Of a DNA stretch of 61,386 nucleotides, positions 40,495 to 50,672 are shown in pieces. The notes beneath the pieces were generated by a model. It was given only the letters and a program-made list of their open reading frames with translations, ran no database searches and had not been told where the DNA came from. Numbering within the stretch: position 1 is the first letter of the stretch; each line of letters starts with the position of its first letter. The position numbers were made by a program, and so were the translations under genes. Source of the stretch: Candidatus Thalassarchaeaceae archaeon (GTDB lineage Archaea; Thermoplasmatota; Poseidoniia; Poseidoniales; Thalassarchaeaceae); assembly GCA_023700255.1 (NCBI GenBank), contig JAJPRD010000006.1:1-61386 (forward strand). Direction: 5' to 3'.

Positions 40495-42510
40495 ATGAAT
40501 CGCTCTAAAAAAACTATCTTTACAGTATTAATTGTGATCTCAATGTTACTCTCAGGCTGTACTGAAGCATCAAATGAGGCTACTGATGAAATCGATGATA
40601 ACATGCCTTTACCTGATTGTGAATTAGATAATAGTTGTATTGATGATACGGTCGGCAATGATGGGGGAAACGAAATATTAGAAATCCCTCACTCAGATGG
40701 ATGTGATAATATCAATCCAATCCATTGCATGTTACCATTTCCATCCAATGCTTTTTTGGTAGATGATTCTACTACTGTTACTGGAAAAAGGATCAATTAT
40801 GCAGCTGACAGTTTACCCGGTTCAGGATCAAAGTCAGTTATAGAAATACCACTAATCAATCAAATGGATGGATTTAGTACATCTACTCAGATAATAACCG
40901 CCTTTTCATCAATACCAATAATAGACATACTTGCAAGTCAGAATAATATCGCACTAAGTATGAATTCGGGGCATCAAACAATGCTAGTGAATATGGATAC
41001 AGGAGATCTTGTTGAACACTGGGTTGAATTAGATGCTAGGGCTGAAGAAGGAGAGGCAGTAATTCTCCATATAAGAACAATTAAACATTTAGAATTCAAT
41101 ACTGAATATGGTGTTTTAGTACATGGTTTAAGTGATGGATTAGGTGAATTAATTGAGCCCTCACAAGCTCTTAGCGCAATAATGGATGGAAATGCCACTG
41201 ACTCATCAGATATTGAAGATAGAAGAGGAGAAATCTCGCTTCTAATTGACTATTTCACAGAAGAGAAGAATGTTGAAAAATCTGGAATACAAGCAATTTG
41301 GAGTTTCACTACTAACTCAGCAGAATCTGCATTGGGTCCAATAATACACATGAGAAATGATGCATTAGAGAGAATTGGAGGAGGTATTGGCTGTACTATA
41401 GATTCCGTCGATGAAAATTATGGAGATGACAACCTCACTTTAAGAAGAATAACTGGTACATTTACAACACCTCAATATACCGTTTCAGAATATACTCCTA
41501 CATTGATTGAGAGAGATGAAAATCGTATTCCTGTCTTCGTAGAAAATAGAGAAGTACCATTCACGATGATTATTCCAAATATTGAAGATGGTACGGAAAA
41601 TATGCCAATTACAATCTGGGGACATGGCTTCTTGGGACAAAGTGATGGAGGACCTAGAGGATGGGCTCATACATACCAGACTGTGATGCTTACAACTGAT
41701 ATCACTGGATTTTCAAGTGTTGACTATGATCAAATATCCTTTGCATTATTAGATCCAAATTATTTCACACATCACTCTGCAAGTTTAGAACAAGGAATGA
41801 TTAATCATGTAGTATTAGCTAGAACATTTTCAGATGCTTGCTCTAACTTAACTGAATTCTATGATTCAGGCGTGAAGATAGTAGATACAGATGAAATAGC
41901 CTGGAGCGGATATTCCTTAGGAGGAATAGTAGGAATTCCGGTGATGTCACTATCCCCAGATATTCATCGTGGAGCATTATTCGCAGGCGGTGGGCCATAT
42001 ACTCTGATTGCAGAAAGATCAGGAGCAGTGGAAGGGCTATACTATGCATTCTCTCTGAGTATATCATACGAGAATCAAATGGATAGAGCGGTGATTATGT
42101 CTGCAGTAATTCAGCAACTCTGGGACATTGTAGATCCGGACGTATATTCTGCATACCTAAATAGTGAAAACTCAGGATTATATGAACATCAATTTATTTC
42201 TTTGAGTTCAATGGGTGATCAAGTAGTTCCAGTTTTATCTGCAGATAGAATGGCTAGAAGCTCAGGTGCATTAGTTATGAATAGTTCAGTTCATCACCCA
42301 CATGGGATCTCCATATGGGTTGAAAGCGATAATTCATCATCAGTAGCAGTATATTTCGATGGTAATTATACAGCACCTGAAGAGAATATCTTCGGACCTG
42401 GAAACAGTGCACATGGATATTTATGGACACCAACCGAACCTGCTGAAATTGCATTTAGATTCATCCTAAATGGAGAAATATATGACGCCTGTGATGGCGA
42501 CTGTAACTAA
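40495..42510 (+). CDS. Secreted lipoprotein, alpha/beta-hydrolase (lipase-like)
   Basis: Lipobox LLSGC; DGFS, GHGFLG, nucleophile elbow GYSLGG, GDQVV, C-terminal His. Confidence 0.75.
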   Translation: MNRSKKTIFTVLIVISMLLSGCTEASNEATDEIDDNMPLPDCELDNSCIDDTVGNDGGNEILEIPHSDGCDNINPIHCMLPFPSNAFLVDDSTTVTGKRINYAADSLPGSGSKSVIEIPLINQMDGFSTSTQIITAFSSIPIIDILASQNNIALSMNSGHQTMLVNMDTGDLVEHWVELDARAEEGEAVILHIRTIKHLEFNTEYGVLVHGLSDGLGELIEPSQALSAIMDGNATDSSDIEDRRGEISLLIDYFTEEKNVEKSGIQAIWSFTTNSAESALGPIIHMRNDALERIGGGIGCTIDSVDENYGDDNLTLRRITGTFTTPQYTVSEYTPTLIERDENRIPVFVENREVPFTMIIPNIEDGTENMPITIWGHGFLGQSDGGPRGWAHTYQTVMLTTDITGFSSVDYDQISFALLDPNYFTHHSASLEQGMINHVVLARTFSDACSNLTEFYDSGVKIVDTDEIAWSGYSLGGIVGIPVMSLSPDIHRGALFAGGGPYTLIAERSGAVEGLYYAFSLSISYENQMDRAVIMSAVIQQLWDIVDPDVYSAYLNSENSGLYEHQFISLSSMGDQVVPVLSADRMARSSGALVMNSSVHHPHGISIWVESDNSSSVAVYFDGNYTAPEENIFGPGNSAHGYLWTPTEPAEIAFRFILNGEIYDACDGDCN

Positions 42511-42539
42511 AATTAATGACCATTCTGCTTAATTGACAC

Positions 42540-42842
42540 TTATCTTCTAAGAAGTAACTGTGGAGGTATACGGTACTTATACTCCATATTTGGTCCAATT
42601 AATTCAATTATTTCCATCTTATCATCTATTCGAATAAGATTAACAAATGTGTCTACATTATGTAATGGCATATTAGCTATTAATTGACCACTTCGATGAA
42701 TTATCAATTCGGTCTTAACATCGGGAGGATTTGAGGTGAATTTTAAAGAATTATCATCTAATTTAATACTACCAAGACCGTTGAATACTTTAGAAAAATA
42801 AATACTAAGTTCTGACCAGTTAGAAAGTGGAATATCATACAT
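42540..42842 (-). CDS. Hypothetical protein
   Basis: Short ORF directly downstream of the M28 peptidase. Confidence 0.55.
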   Translation of the reverse strand: MYDIPLSNWSELSIYFSKVFNGLGSIKLDDNSLKFTSNPPDVKTELIIHRSGQLIANMPLHNVDTFVNLIRIDDKMEIIELIGPNMEYKYRIPPQLLLRR

Positions 42843-42853
42843 GGTTTTACCAT

Positions 42854-44176
42854 TCAAGAACTGTACCAACGACCTTGCCATTCATTACCTGTATTATCAA
42901 TATGGACAAATAAGTTCAGAGATATCCATACTAAGGTATTGAAACCTTTACCCAATTCATCTTCCCCACCAGCTTTAGTCACCATAAAATCAAGATTGTC
43001 TGTACCTGAATGCCATTCCTGCCAGAACGAGATATCTCCACCAGCAGAAAAGAAATTGAAAGTAGCATAATCATTACTAAAGAATGAACAATGATCTGAT
43101 GCACAAGATTCAGCAGATTGCCAGTATATCCGATTATCATCTATATAATTCATAGATAGTTCATCATCTACCGAAAGTCTAAGCCATTCATTCATGATTG
43201 TCAGATTTTCTTCATATGCACCTGCTGTAGCTATGGAAAGATCATACGGTCCATATCCAGCAGGAGGCATGACTGGATAATTAAGAGACACCATGTCAAA
43301 ATTCATGTATGCCTTAACTGAGTGACCTTCAGGCATATGATTTACGAAAGCAGCACTTCCAAGAAGTCCTTCTTCTTCACAAGCCCACAGGCCAGCAACA
43401 ACAGTATGATCCCATTCTCGACTAGCTAATGCTTGTGCCATTTCCATACTTACTGTTGAACCACTAGTATCATCGTTAGCACCTTCACTAGTACCGCCAC
43501 CTGGAGGAGTGAAGGCATAAGCAACATCAAAATGGCCACCAATTACAATATATTGTTCAGGATAAAGACGACCATATTTGTAACCTACAACGTTAAGTTG
43601 ATCAGGATCATCATCATATCGGGTTACTTCAACAAGATCAAAACCATAATCATCCCATTTAGTTTTCATAGCCTCAGCAGCTGATTCATAGCTTGAACCA
43701 CCATCATGAATTGAAGCAGATGCACACCATCGATTGTTGTAACTTGTTGTTAACATATCAATTGTATCAAAAGCTCGACGGCCATCAACTAACATCATTT
43801 CTTGACTGTCTTGAAGTATTAGAGTAGTATTCCATACTTCATCGCCTGCCTTTACAGTTAGTCCAACACTTTCTGATTCAGTATCTAAAATTAATAATTC
43901 AACAGAGGTTTGTTCAGGTGGCAAGGTCATATTTATAGCATCACGAAATACGCCAAATTCATCAATGAAGAATACTCCATCAGTCCTATGAACTGTCCAT
44001 TCAACATTGGAATTAACAGTTAAAGTGTAAATTTGACCTCTAGTAGCAATAGATGGATTATCATCTTCAGATATGTCAAGCATTGGAGATACTGATGACT
44101 CATCATTACCAAAACATCCCGACAAAGGCATACTCATGAAAAGAATGACGACAAGCAACGCCCTACCCTTATGCAT
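42854..44176 (-). CDS. M28-family aminopeptidase lipoprotein
   Basis: Lipobox PLSGC; GGHFD, GANDDTSG, EEEGLLGS, NFDM, SDH. Confidence 0.9.
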   Translation of the reverse strand: MHKGRALLVVILFMSMPLSGCFGNDESSVSPMLDISEDDNPSIATRGQIYTLTVNSNVEWTVHRTDGVFFIDEFGVFRDAINMTLPPEQTSVELLILDTESESVGLTVKAGDEVWNTTLILQDSQEMMLVDGRRAFDTIDMLTTSYNNRWCASASIHDGGSSYESAAEAMKTKWDDYGFDLVEVTRYDDDPDQLNVVGYKYGRLYPEQYIVIGGHFDVAYAFTPPGGGTSEGANDDTSGSTVSMEMAQALASREWDHTVVAGLWACEEEGLLGSAAFVNHMPEGHSVKAYMNFDMVSLNYPVMPPAGYGPYDLSIATAGAYEENLTIMNEWLRLSVDDELSMNYIDDNRIYWQSAESCASDHCSFFSNDYATFNFFSAGGDISFWQEWHSGTDNLDFMVTKAGGEDELGKGFNTLVWISLNLFVHIDNTGNEWQGRWYSS

Positions 44177-44211
44177 GACCTAGGTGTAACGGGTGAAGTA
44201 TTTGGAAATGG

Positions 44212-44363
44212 TGGTGCCGGGAGCGGGACTTGAACCCGCGACCTTCGGATGTCTCAGACACTCAAAGCAGGCTGTTGCGCTCACGACTAGTTTCAGTAGA
44301 AATTAAATTTCCACAAAAAAATACCCTATGAGTCCGACGCGCTACCAACTACGCCACCCCGGC
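44212..44363 (-). tRNA. Elongator tRNA-Met (CAT) with 76-nt intron (44251-44326) at position 37/38
   Basis: 5' exon GCCGGGG...TCGGACTCATA, 3' exon ATCCGA...TCCCGGCACCA; spliced length 76 nt; G1-C72. Confidence 0.92.
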
Positions 44364-44475
44364 AGTAAGCCGCTCGACTAACAACAACCATTTGAGTATA
44401 ACCATCCTGCAAACGAGGGTTTTGGGCAAACTTATTGTTCCGCACCCTTGATGTGCAGTTCGTCATCGGCAATAC

Positions 44476-45342
44476 GTGGTTGACGTAGATACTGCCCTGC
44501 GTGCTAGTGCTTACAATGATCGTAAGCGTAAGTCAAGTAGTGAAAAAGAGAGTGGGAAATCCACACCCAAAAAGATTGAAGCATTCGATCCAGTTGCTCA
44601 TGCAATAAAGGAGTTGGCAGATGCTTACTCAATGTGGCTAGTTATTCTCTATGGGACATTAGTAGCGGCAGCAATACGTTATGTGTTAATGCCTGAAATG
44701 GAAGAACCAGGCGCAATATTATACCTTTTACCATTATTATTGGGTGCAACTGTAGTCCCACTACACAAAATATTAATTCCTAAAAAATATAATGATCTTT
44801 ATACCAATGGAAATTGGTTTAGAGGAATTTTCTTATTCATATTTACTTGGCTAGCATTATCATTCATATTATCGAATCCCCCCCTTGCTGATATCGCACC
44901 CCCTACACTTGCAGGAGGAATAGATATAGAACAAACAGAAGGAATTGAGGATACTACTTGGAAGAATGGAGTATATACAATAAATCTTAATCAAGATACT
45001 GTAGATGTAGTCTTGGGAATGGCTGTAAGAGATAATGTAGATGCAGATTCTGTTCAAATAAATGCTGCTATTTATTATCGAGGAGATATGATAAAAGAGT
45101 TAGCGAATGGGACTGCAATTTCACATACCGAAGATATAGAAATGTTTGAATCTGTTACTAATTGGACGAGAGGGAATTCAATAGGGCCACATGGAAGCGA
45201 TGTTGGGATGGCTTGGGACTTAGGAACTCTCGAGCCAGGGGAGTATACTCTTCAGATTACAATGACTGAACAAGGAGATCCTTGGGAAAATACTTCAGAA
45301 TTGGAGTATAAGATTTTAATTATGCAAACTACTGTTCTTTGA
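44476..45342 (+). CDS. Hypothetical membrane protein (about 3 TM plus extracellular beta domain)
   Basis: Hydrophobic helices, SNPPLAD motif, Ig-like C-terminus. Confidence 0.7.
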   Translation: MVDVDTALRASAYNDRKRKSSSEKESGKSTPKKIEAFDPVAHAIKELADAYSMWLVILYGTLVAAAIRYVLMPEMEEPGAILYLLPLLLGATVVPLHKILIPKKYNDLYTNGNWFRGIFLFIFTWLALSFILSNPPLADIAPPTLAGGIDIEQTEGIEDTTWKNGVYTINLNQDTVDVVLGMAVRDNVDADSVQINAAIYYRGDMIKELANGTAISHTEDIEMFESVTNWTRGNSIGPHGSDVGMAWDLGTLEPGEYTLQITMTEQGDPWENTSELEYKILIMQTTVL

Positions 45343-46288
45343 TTTGGAAACAAATTTTTGCAGTCATAGCATCTAACTGAAGTGACTCGCCTCCTCCTTC
45401 AACCATTCTAAAATCAGTTTCAGCCATTACTTCAGTGACCTTGAGTTTTTGATTCTCATCAAAAAATGTCACGCTACCTAATTCCCTATGTAATTGATTC
45501 ACTAAATCTGTCCCGGCTAGACCGAATCTATCCAAGAGTTCTCTTAATCTTCTTCGGGCTGGTTGAAAACCATCTTGTTGACAAGCAAGAAAATAGCCAT
45601 GCAATTCTTCAGGAGGAGCAGTCGCAGTAGTTTCGTAGATTAACTCGCGAGTAACATTGGTGTCTAATGATGCCGCAACCTGTAAAGAAGTAATGGCTTT
45701 TCTCAAATCTCCAAGTGATACGTGAACAATAGCATCAGCGGCTTCTGGATGAAGTTGAATATTTTCGCCATTAGCGACATTAACTATCATTTCTCTAACT
45801 TGATCTTCAGCCAATGGGCGGAATCGGAATACAGCACAACGTGATTGAATAGGTTCAATGATTTTAGAGGAATAATTACAAGAAAGTATGAACCTACAAG
45901 TTTCAGAATATTGTTCCATGATCCTCCTAAGCGCACCTTGAGCATCTGGAGTTAAGGCATCCGCTTCGTCTAAGAAAATAACTTTGAATTTAGTTCCAGG
46001 AACTGGTGCAGTCCGCGCAAAAGACTTGACTTTAGTTCGAATTGATTCTAATTTTCTTTCATCACTAGCATTCATCTCAAGCATATTAGTCCGATAACCC
46101 TCTCCAAATACATCTCTGGCTAGAGCTATCGCAGCAGTAGTTTTTCCCGTCCCCGGAGGGCCAGCAAACAATAGATGAGGGAAGGTTTTTTTCTGTGCAT
46201 ATGCTTTGAGTCTCTCAACAACTGCGCGCTGGCCTTTGATGTCACCAACTGTGCGCGGGCGATGGCGCTCGACCCAAAGTTCACTCAT
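45329..46288 (-). CDS. rfcS: Replication factor C small subunit (no intein)
   Basis: WVERHRP, GPPGTGKT, NASDER, DEAD, SRC. Confidence 0.97.
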   Translation of the reverse strand: MSELWVERHRPRTVGDIKGQRAVVERLKAYAQKKTFPHLLFAGPPGTGKTTAAIALARDVFGEGYRTNMLEMNASDERKLESIRTKVKSFARTAPVPGTKFKVIFLDEADALTPDAQGALRRIMEQYSETCRFILSCNYSSKIIEPIQSRCAVFRFRPLAEDQVREMIVNVANGENIQLHPEAADAIVHVSLGDLRKAITSLQVAASLDTNVTRELIYETTATAPPEELHGYFLACQQDGFQPARRRLRELLDRFGLAGTDLVNQLHRELGSVTFFDENQKLKVTEVMAETDFRMVEGGGESLQLDAMTAKICFQIKEQ

Positions 46289-46348
46289 AGTAATCTCACC
46301 TATGCAGAGGGCTGTCCTTGAAGTTTTGGAGTGATGAATTCTAAATAA

Positions 46349-47164
46349 TTAGTACGCTTCATCATCATTTGGAAATTCTTTACTACGCACATCTTCGATG
46401 TACTGCTTGACTGCTCCATCAATAATTTCACCTAAATCTGCATATCGTCTTAAGAATCTAGGGCTGAAATCTTTTGTTATTCCGAGCATGTCGTGTAGAA
46501 CTAAAACTTGACCATCGCAATCCGCTCCTGCGCCGATGCCAATCGTAGGAATTGTCAAAGATTCACTTACTTTCTTAGCTAACTCAGCGGGTATTTTTTC
46601 GAATACAATAGAGAAGCAACCAGCCTCTTCTAATATCTTCGCATCTTCAAGTAATTTAGCGGCTTCATCTTGCCCCTTAGCCCTAACACTGTAAGTACCA
46701 AATTTGTATATTGATTGTGGGGTTAATCCAAGATGACCCATCACTGGAATACCTGCTTGTTGAATACGTTTTACTGATTCAACAATTTCCGAACCTCCTT
46801 CAAGTTTAACTGCATGACCTCCGGACTCTTTCATAATACGAATTGCAGAATCAAGTGCCGTTTTAGAATCACCTTGATAAGTTCCAAATGGCATGTCTAC
46901 TACTACTAGTGCCCTATCTACACCGTTAACCACACATTGAGCATGGTAGATCATATGCTCAAGAGTAATTGGAACTGTCGTCTCATTACCAGCCATTACA
47001 TTAGATGCAGAATCTCCTACTAAAATTACATCGATACCTGCAGCATCAACAAGCCTTGCTAATGAATAATCATATGAGGTTAACATAGTTATTTTTTCAC
47101 CAGAGCTTTTCATCTCTTGGAGTGTATGAGTTGTTACTTTTTTGACTCGACTGGATATGGCCAT
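46349..47164 (-). CDS. panB: 3-methyl-2-oxobutanoate hydroxymethyltransferase
   Basis: [24 protein letters not shown]. Confidence 0.97.
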   Translation of the reverse strand: MAISSRVKKVTTHTLQEMKSSGEKITMLTSYDYSLARLVDAAGIDVILVGDSASNVMAGNETTVPITLEHMIYHAQCVVNGVDRALVVVDMPFGTYQGDSKTALDSAIRIMKESGGHAVKLEGGSEIVESVKRIQQAGIPVMGHLGLTPQSIYKFGTYSVRAKGQDEAAKLLEDAKILEEAGCFSIVFEKIPAELAKKVSESLTIPTIGIGAGADCDGQVLVLHDMLGITKDFSPRFLRRYADLGEIIDGAVKQYIEDVRSKEFPNDDEAY

Positions 47165-47226
47165 TTACTCACTCCCGGTAATCTCCGAGTAACATACATG
47201 CCTTCAATTAAACGCCTATTCAGTCA

Positions 47227-48906
47227 CTAATCGAATTCTAATTCTTCGATACCTAATAAAAATTCATCAATTTCTAAAATCCCATCTTCATTTTCATCAG
47301 CAGCATGGAAATATTCTCTCAAAGCACCATACGGTAAATCTGATTCATGATCATCGCCTGAAAAGCCAAGTGACTCCATTGCTGAAATAAATTCTTGTAA
47401 ATTCAGATGATTATTACGTTCAGTATCGGCTGCATGGAATGCAGCCCAACGACGACGATGTTCGACCTCAGATGGATTTGTAAACATTAAACGGAATGTA
47501 TTCCAAGGAGTAATTTTTTTATTAACATGTTTTTTACCATAGGAGAGATAAATTATAGTACCCAATATTATTGCAGATGAACCTCCAATAACCGCTTTCA
47601 TACCCATTACATAGATTAAAAGTAGCCCACCAACTATCCCAAATATTTGGAAGAAGGGGAATAAAGGAGACCTCCATTTAGGATCATACCAATGAGAATT
47701 AGAGGACCTTCGTAGAACTAATACACAAGCATTTATTACAATAAATACCATTATTTTGAACCCTGAGGCCAACTCAGCAACATCATGTACTGGTAAGAAA
47801 AGAATGGCTGCTGCCATCGATAAACCTGTACCAATTATTGCCCAATGAGGTGTCTCAAATCTACCATGAACGTCTTCTAAAAAGCTTGGTAATAAATTAT
47901 CACGAGACATAGCGAAAGGAAAACGAGATGATGCCATGATTCCTGCAAGAGACATAGAAATCATAGTGAATACTGCTAAAATTGCAGCTATGGCAGCAAC
48001 GGTTTCACCTCCGACTGCTAGTGCGAAAATGTAAACTGGATCTTCTCTGCCATGAGTTCCATCTACATAGTTAGACGGATCAACTGAGACTGCCATAATC
48101 AATGTTACAAATACATATAACACTGTACTAAATAATAATGAAATCAAAATACCATAGGGCATATTTTTACCAGGATTTTTAACTTCTCCACCAACTGCTG
48201 CAATTTTTGTAACCCCTGCATAGGAAACGAAGACCAGTGCTGCTGTTGAGGAGAAAGATTGCCAATCAGGACCGAATGCCTCTCTGGATAAAGCCGCATC
48301 CCAATTTAGATCCATTGTAATCAAAGCCCAAACACAAATCAATAATAAATATGAAATAGATATTAAGACTATAGGGGTTTGAACTTTCTTAATACTTTTA
48401 ACTCCCAGAATATTAATCATCACAATGACTACTAACATAGCCATTGCTGCATAATCTAGATTAATTGTAACACCTACAATACCTTCAATAACCCATAAAT
48501 AAGCCTTAAAACCTATTAATGCAAATGCAGATTTTAACATGAAGTTAGCCCATAGACCTAATCCAGAAATGGTACCAATAAGTGGACCGAATGTATTTTC
48601 GATATAGACATAAGAACCACCAGAGGATGGCATTGCTGACGAAAGTTCTGATTTAGATATTGCACCTGGAAGAACAATTAATGCTGCAAATAAATAGGCT
48701 AACCAAATCCCACCTAATGCATCCCCTCCACCTCCAAGCTCCATCATGGCGAGAGATGGGAGGACGAATAATCCACTACCTAACATTGCAGATAATGAAA
48801 GTATAATTACTGAAAACAATCCTAATTTACGCTCTAATGCATTAGATACCTTCTCAAGTGGCTGAAGAACTATACCAATTACTTGACTCGGTGAAAGTCG
48901 ATTCAT
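47227..48906 (-). CDS. APC-family amino acid permease with C-terminal EF-hand pair
   Basis: GSGLF, GGSY, EVKNP, SRFPFAMSRD; loops DTERNNHLNLQE and DENEDGILEIDE. Confidence 0.88.
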   Translation of the reverse strand: MNRLSPSQVIGIVLQPLEKVSNALERKLGLFSVIILSLSAMLGSGLFVLPSLAMMELGGGGDALGGIWLAYLFAALIVLPGAISKSELSSAMPSSGGSYVYIENTFGPLIGTISGLGLWANFMLKSAFALIGFKAYLWVIEGIVGVTINLDYAAMAMLVVIVMINILGVKSIKKVQTPIVLISISYLLLICVWALITMDLNWDAALSREAFGPDWQSFSSTAALVFVSYAGVTKIAAVGGEVKNPGKNMPYGILISLLFSTVLYVFVTLIMAVSVDPSNYVDGTHGREDPVYIFALAVGGETVAAIAAILAVFTMISMSLAGIMASSRFPFAMSRDNLLPSFLEDVHGRFETPHWAIIGTGLSMAAAILFLPVHDVAELASGFKIMVFIVINACVLVLRRSSNSHWYDPKWRSPLFPFFQIFGIVGGLLLIYVMGMKAVIGGSSAIILGTIIYLSYGKKHVNKKITPWNTFRLMFTNPSEVEHRRRWAAFHAADTERNNHLNLQEFISAMESLGFSGDDHESDLPYGALREYFHAADENEDGILEIDEFLLGIEELEFD

Positions 48907-48984
48907 AAATCTGGGATAGAATACGACTTGTTGAAGGTTTGGCAACCCCAATTGTTAATTTTCATAGATGGCCTCAGGAGCAAT

Positions 48985-50010
48985 ATGAGAACCATGTTGG
49001 CCATCACTGTTCTCATATTACTAACCAGCACTGTAAGTGGATGTATTGGGAAAAATGACATAGATCTGAATCTTGATGATGAAGAACCTACCCCTCTAAG
49101 GATTAATCATATTCAGATGAAAGGAACTCATAATTCGTATCATTTAGCTCCTTTAATACCTACAATTAGGGCATATGATTACTCTCATCAGCCATTAGAC
49201 GTACAGGCTGAAGAGCAAGGAGTAAGGCAATTTGAAATTGACGTTTGGTGGGATGCAAGAGGACAACTCTACGTATATCATAACCAATATGATTTACGTA
49301 CTACTTGTACCACCTTTGAAGAATGTCTCAACACACTGCTTAATTGGTCTAATGAAAATACAGAACATGTACCTCTAATGATTTGGATTGAACCAAAAGA
49401 ATGGGTTGAGCAGAGTACAGACAGTACCATCGTGGTTGAATTACAAAATATGTTAGATCAAATTGAGGAAGAGATCACTCAATTTTGGCCACGTAATAAA
49501 ACAATAACTCCTGATGATGTCAGAGGTGAATCGGAAACACTTTCTCAAGCAATAATGGAAGAAGGTTGGCCATTGCTAGATGAGTCAAGAGGGAAAGCAA
49601 TATTTATTCTTCTATCAAGTGGCGATTTGAGAGAAAATTATCATGAAAAATACCCTGGACTTATTAATTCAAGGATGTTTACTATGTCAAATGATCCAGG
49701 TAGTTCGGAAGCAGCAATATTTTCAAACACCGATCCAATAGGAAATGGTGATGAAATAATTGGACTAATCAAAGATGGCTATATTGTCCGTTCAAGAGCA
49801 GATAACGCAGAGGATGGTGAAGCAGATAACAATGATACAAGTCGTTTGAATGCAGCAATATCAGTAGGTGCACATTCGATTTCCACAGATTATCCATCTA
49901 AAGTGGAAGGAATTGATTATTGGGTAGATATACCCAATGGAAACCCAGTAGCATGTAATCCAATTTCAGCACCAATTGATTGTACCTCTGAAAGAATAGA
50001 ATCACTATAA
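48985..50010 (+). CDS. Lipoprotein, Ca2+-dependent phosphoinositide phospholipase C family
   Basis: Lipobox TVSGC; GTHNSYH, GVRQFEID, IEPK, RSRAD, ISTDYP. Confidence 0.8.
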   Translation: MRTMLAITVLILLTSTVSGCIGKNDIDLNLDDEEPTPLRINHIQMKGTHNSYHLAPLIPTIRAYDYSHQPLDVQAEEQGVRQFEIDVWWDARGQLYVYHNQYDLRTTCTTFEECLNTLLNWSNENTEHVPLMIWIEPKEWVEQSTDSTIVVELQNMLDQIEEEITQFWPRNKTITPDDVRGESETLSQAIMEEGWPLLDESRGKAIFILLSSGDLRENYHEKYPGLINSRMFTMSNDPGSSEAAIFSNTDPIGNGDEIIGLIKDGYIVRSRADNAEDGEADNNDTSRLNAAISVGAHSISTDYPSKVEGIDYWVDIPNGNPVACNPISAPIDCTSERIESL

Positions 50011-50021
50011 AAAGAAAATAA

Positions 50022-50672
50022 CTAAACTTTGGCAATTACTTTCAATTCGACTGCAATGGGAGTAGGTAAAGCACTAACTGAACATGTAGTACGAGATGGC
50101 ATTATTTCTGAAAAATACTCAGCATATACTTCATTATATCCCGCAAAGTCTCTATCCATATCTACAAGCATTGAATAAACATCTACTACTTTTTCTAGAC
50201 TAGAACCATATTCTTCAAGGATTATCCTAATATTATCAATGACTGAACGAGTTTGGGCTCTGATATCATAATCTAGAGGATTACCAGATTCATCTTTGAT
50301 AGGTCCTCCCGGGATTTCATTTGTAACAGGTTTCCTTGGACCTATTCCACTAACAAAAATAAGATTACCTACTCGATGTAAATGAGGATAAGCCCCTACT
50401 GCTGACGGTCCCTCTGTAGAAATAAAGGGTCCATTCTCTAGAACTAATTTCCCAGCAGTTTTCTTACCTACAACGCCGCCAACAATTCCGCCTACAGGTC
50501 CACCAACTGCTATTCCTGCTGCTGCTCCTAATGCGCCTCCAGCAGAACTAAGTATGGATTTACCATAATCATCATATATTTTCTCAATAAATTCATCTGG
50601 AGCGAAAACAATGCCTTCGATGAGTTTACGGCGTCTTTCAAAATCCGTTAACTCATCATTGTCAGTCATCAT
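50022..50672 (-). CDS. Rid-family protein, probable 2-aminomuconate deaminase, with N-terminal glycine zipper
   Basis: GAYPH, SGIGPR, YNEVY..YF, SRTT, AVELK; operon with the dioxygenase. Confidence 0.8.
   Translation of the reverse strand: MMTDNDELTDFERRRKLIEGIVFAPDEFIEKIYDDYGKSILSSAGGALGAAAGIAVGGPVGGIVGGVVGKKTAGKLVLENGPFISTEGPSAVGAYPHLHRVGNLIFVSGIGPRKPVTNEIPGGPIKDESGNPLDYDIRAQTRSVIDNIRIILEEYGSSLEKVVDVYSMLVDMDRDFAGYNEVYAEYFSEIMPSRTTCSVSALPTPIAVELKVIAKV

Noticed and set aside
44212-44363. Initiator tRNA-Met or tRNA-Ile2 identity for the CAT tRNA
   Set aside because: G1-C72, no triple G-C anticodon stem, a GCCGGGG acceptor and a 37/38 intron fit elongator Met.
14236-46288. Inteins in atpA or rfcS (common insertion sites)
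   Set aside because: Both proteins are of normal length with continuous motifs.
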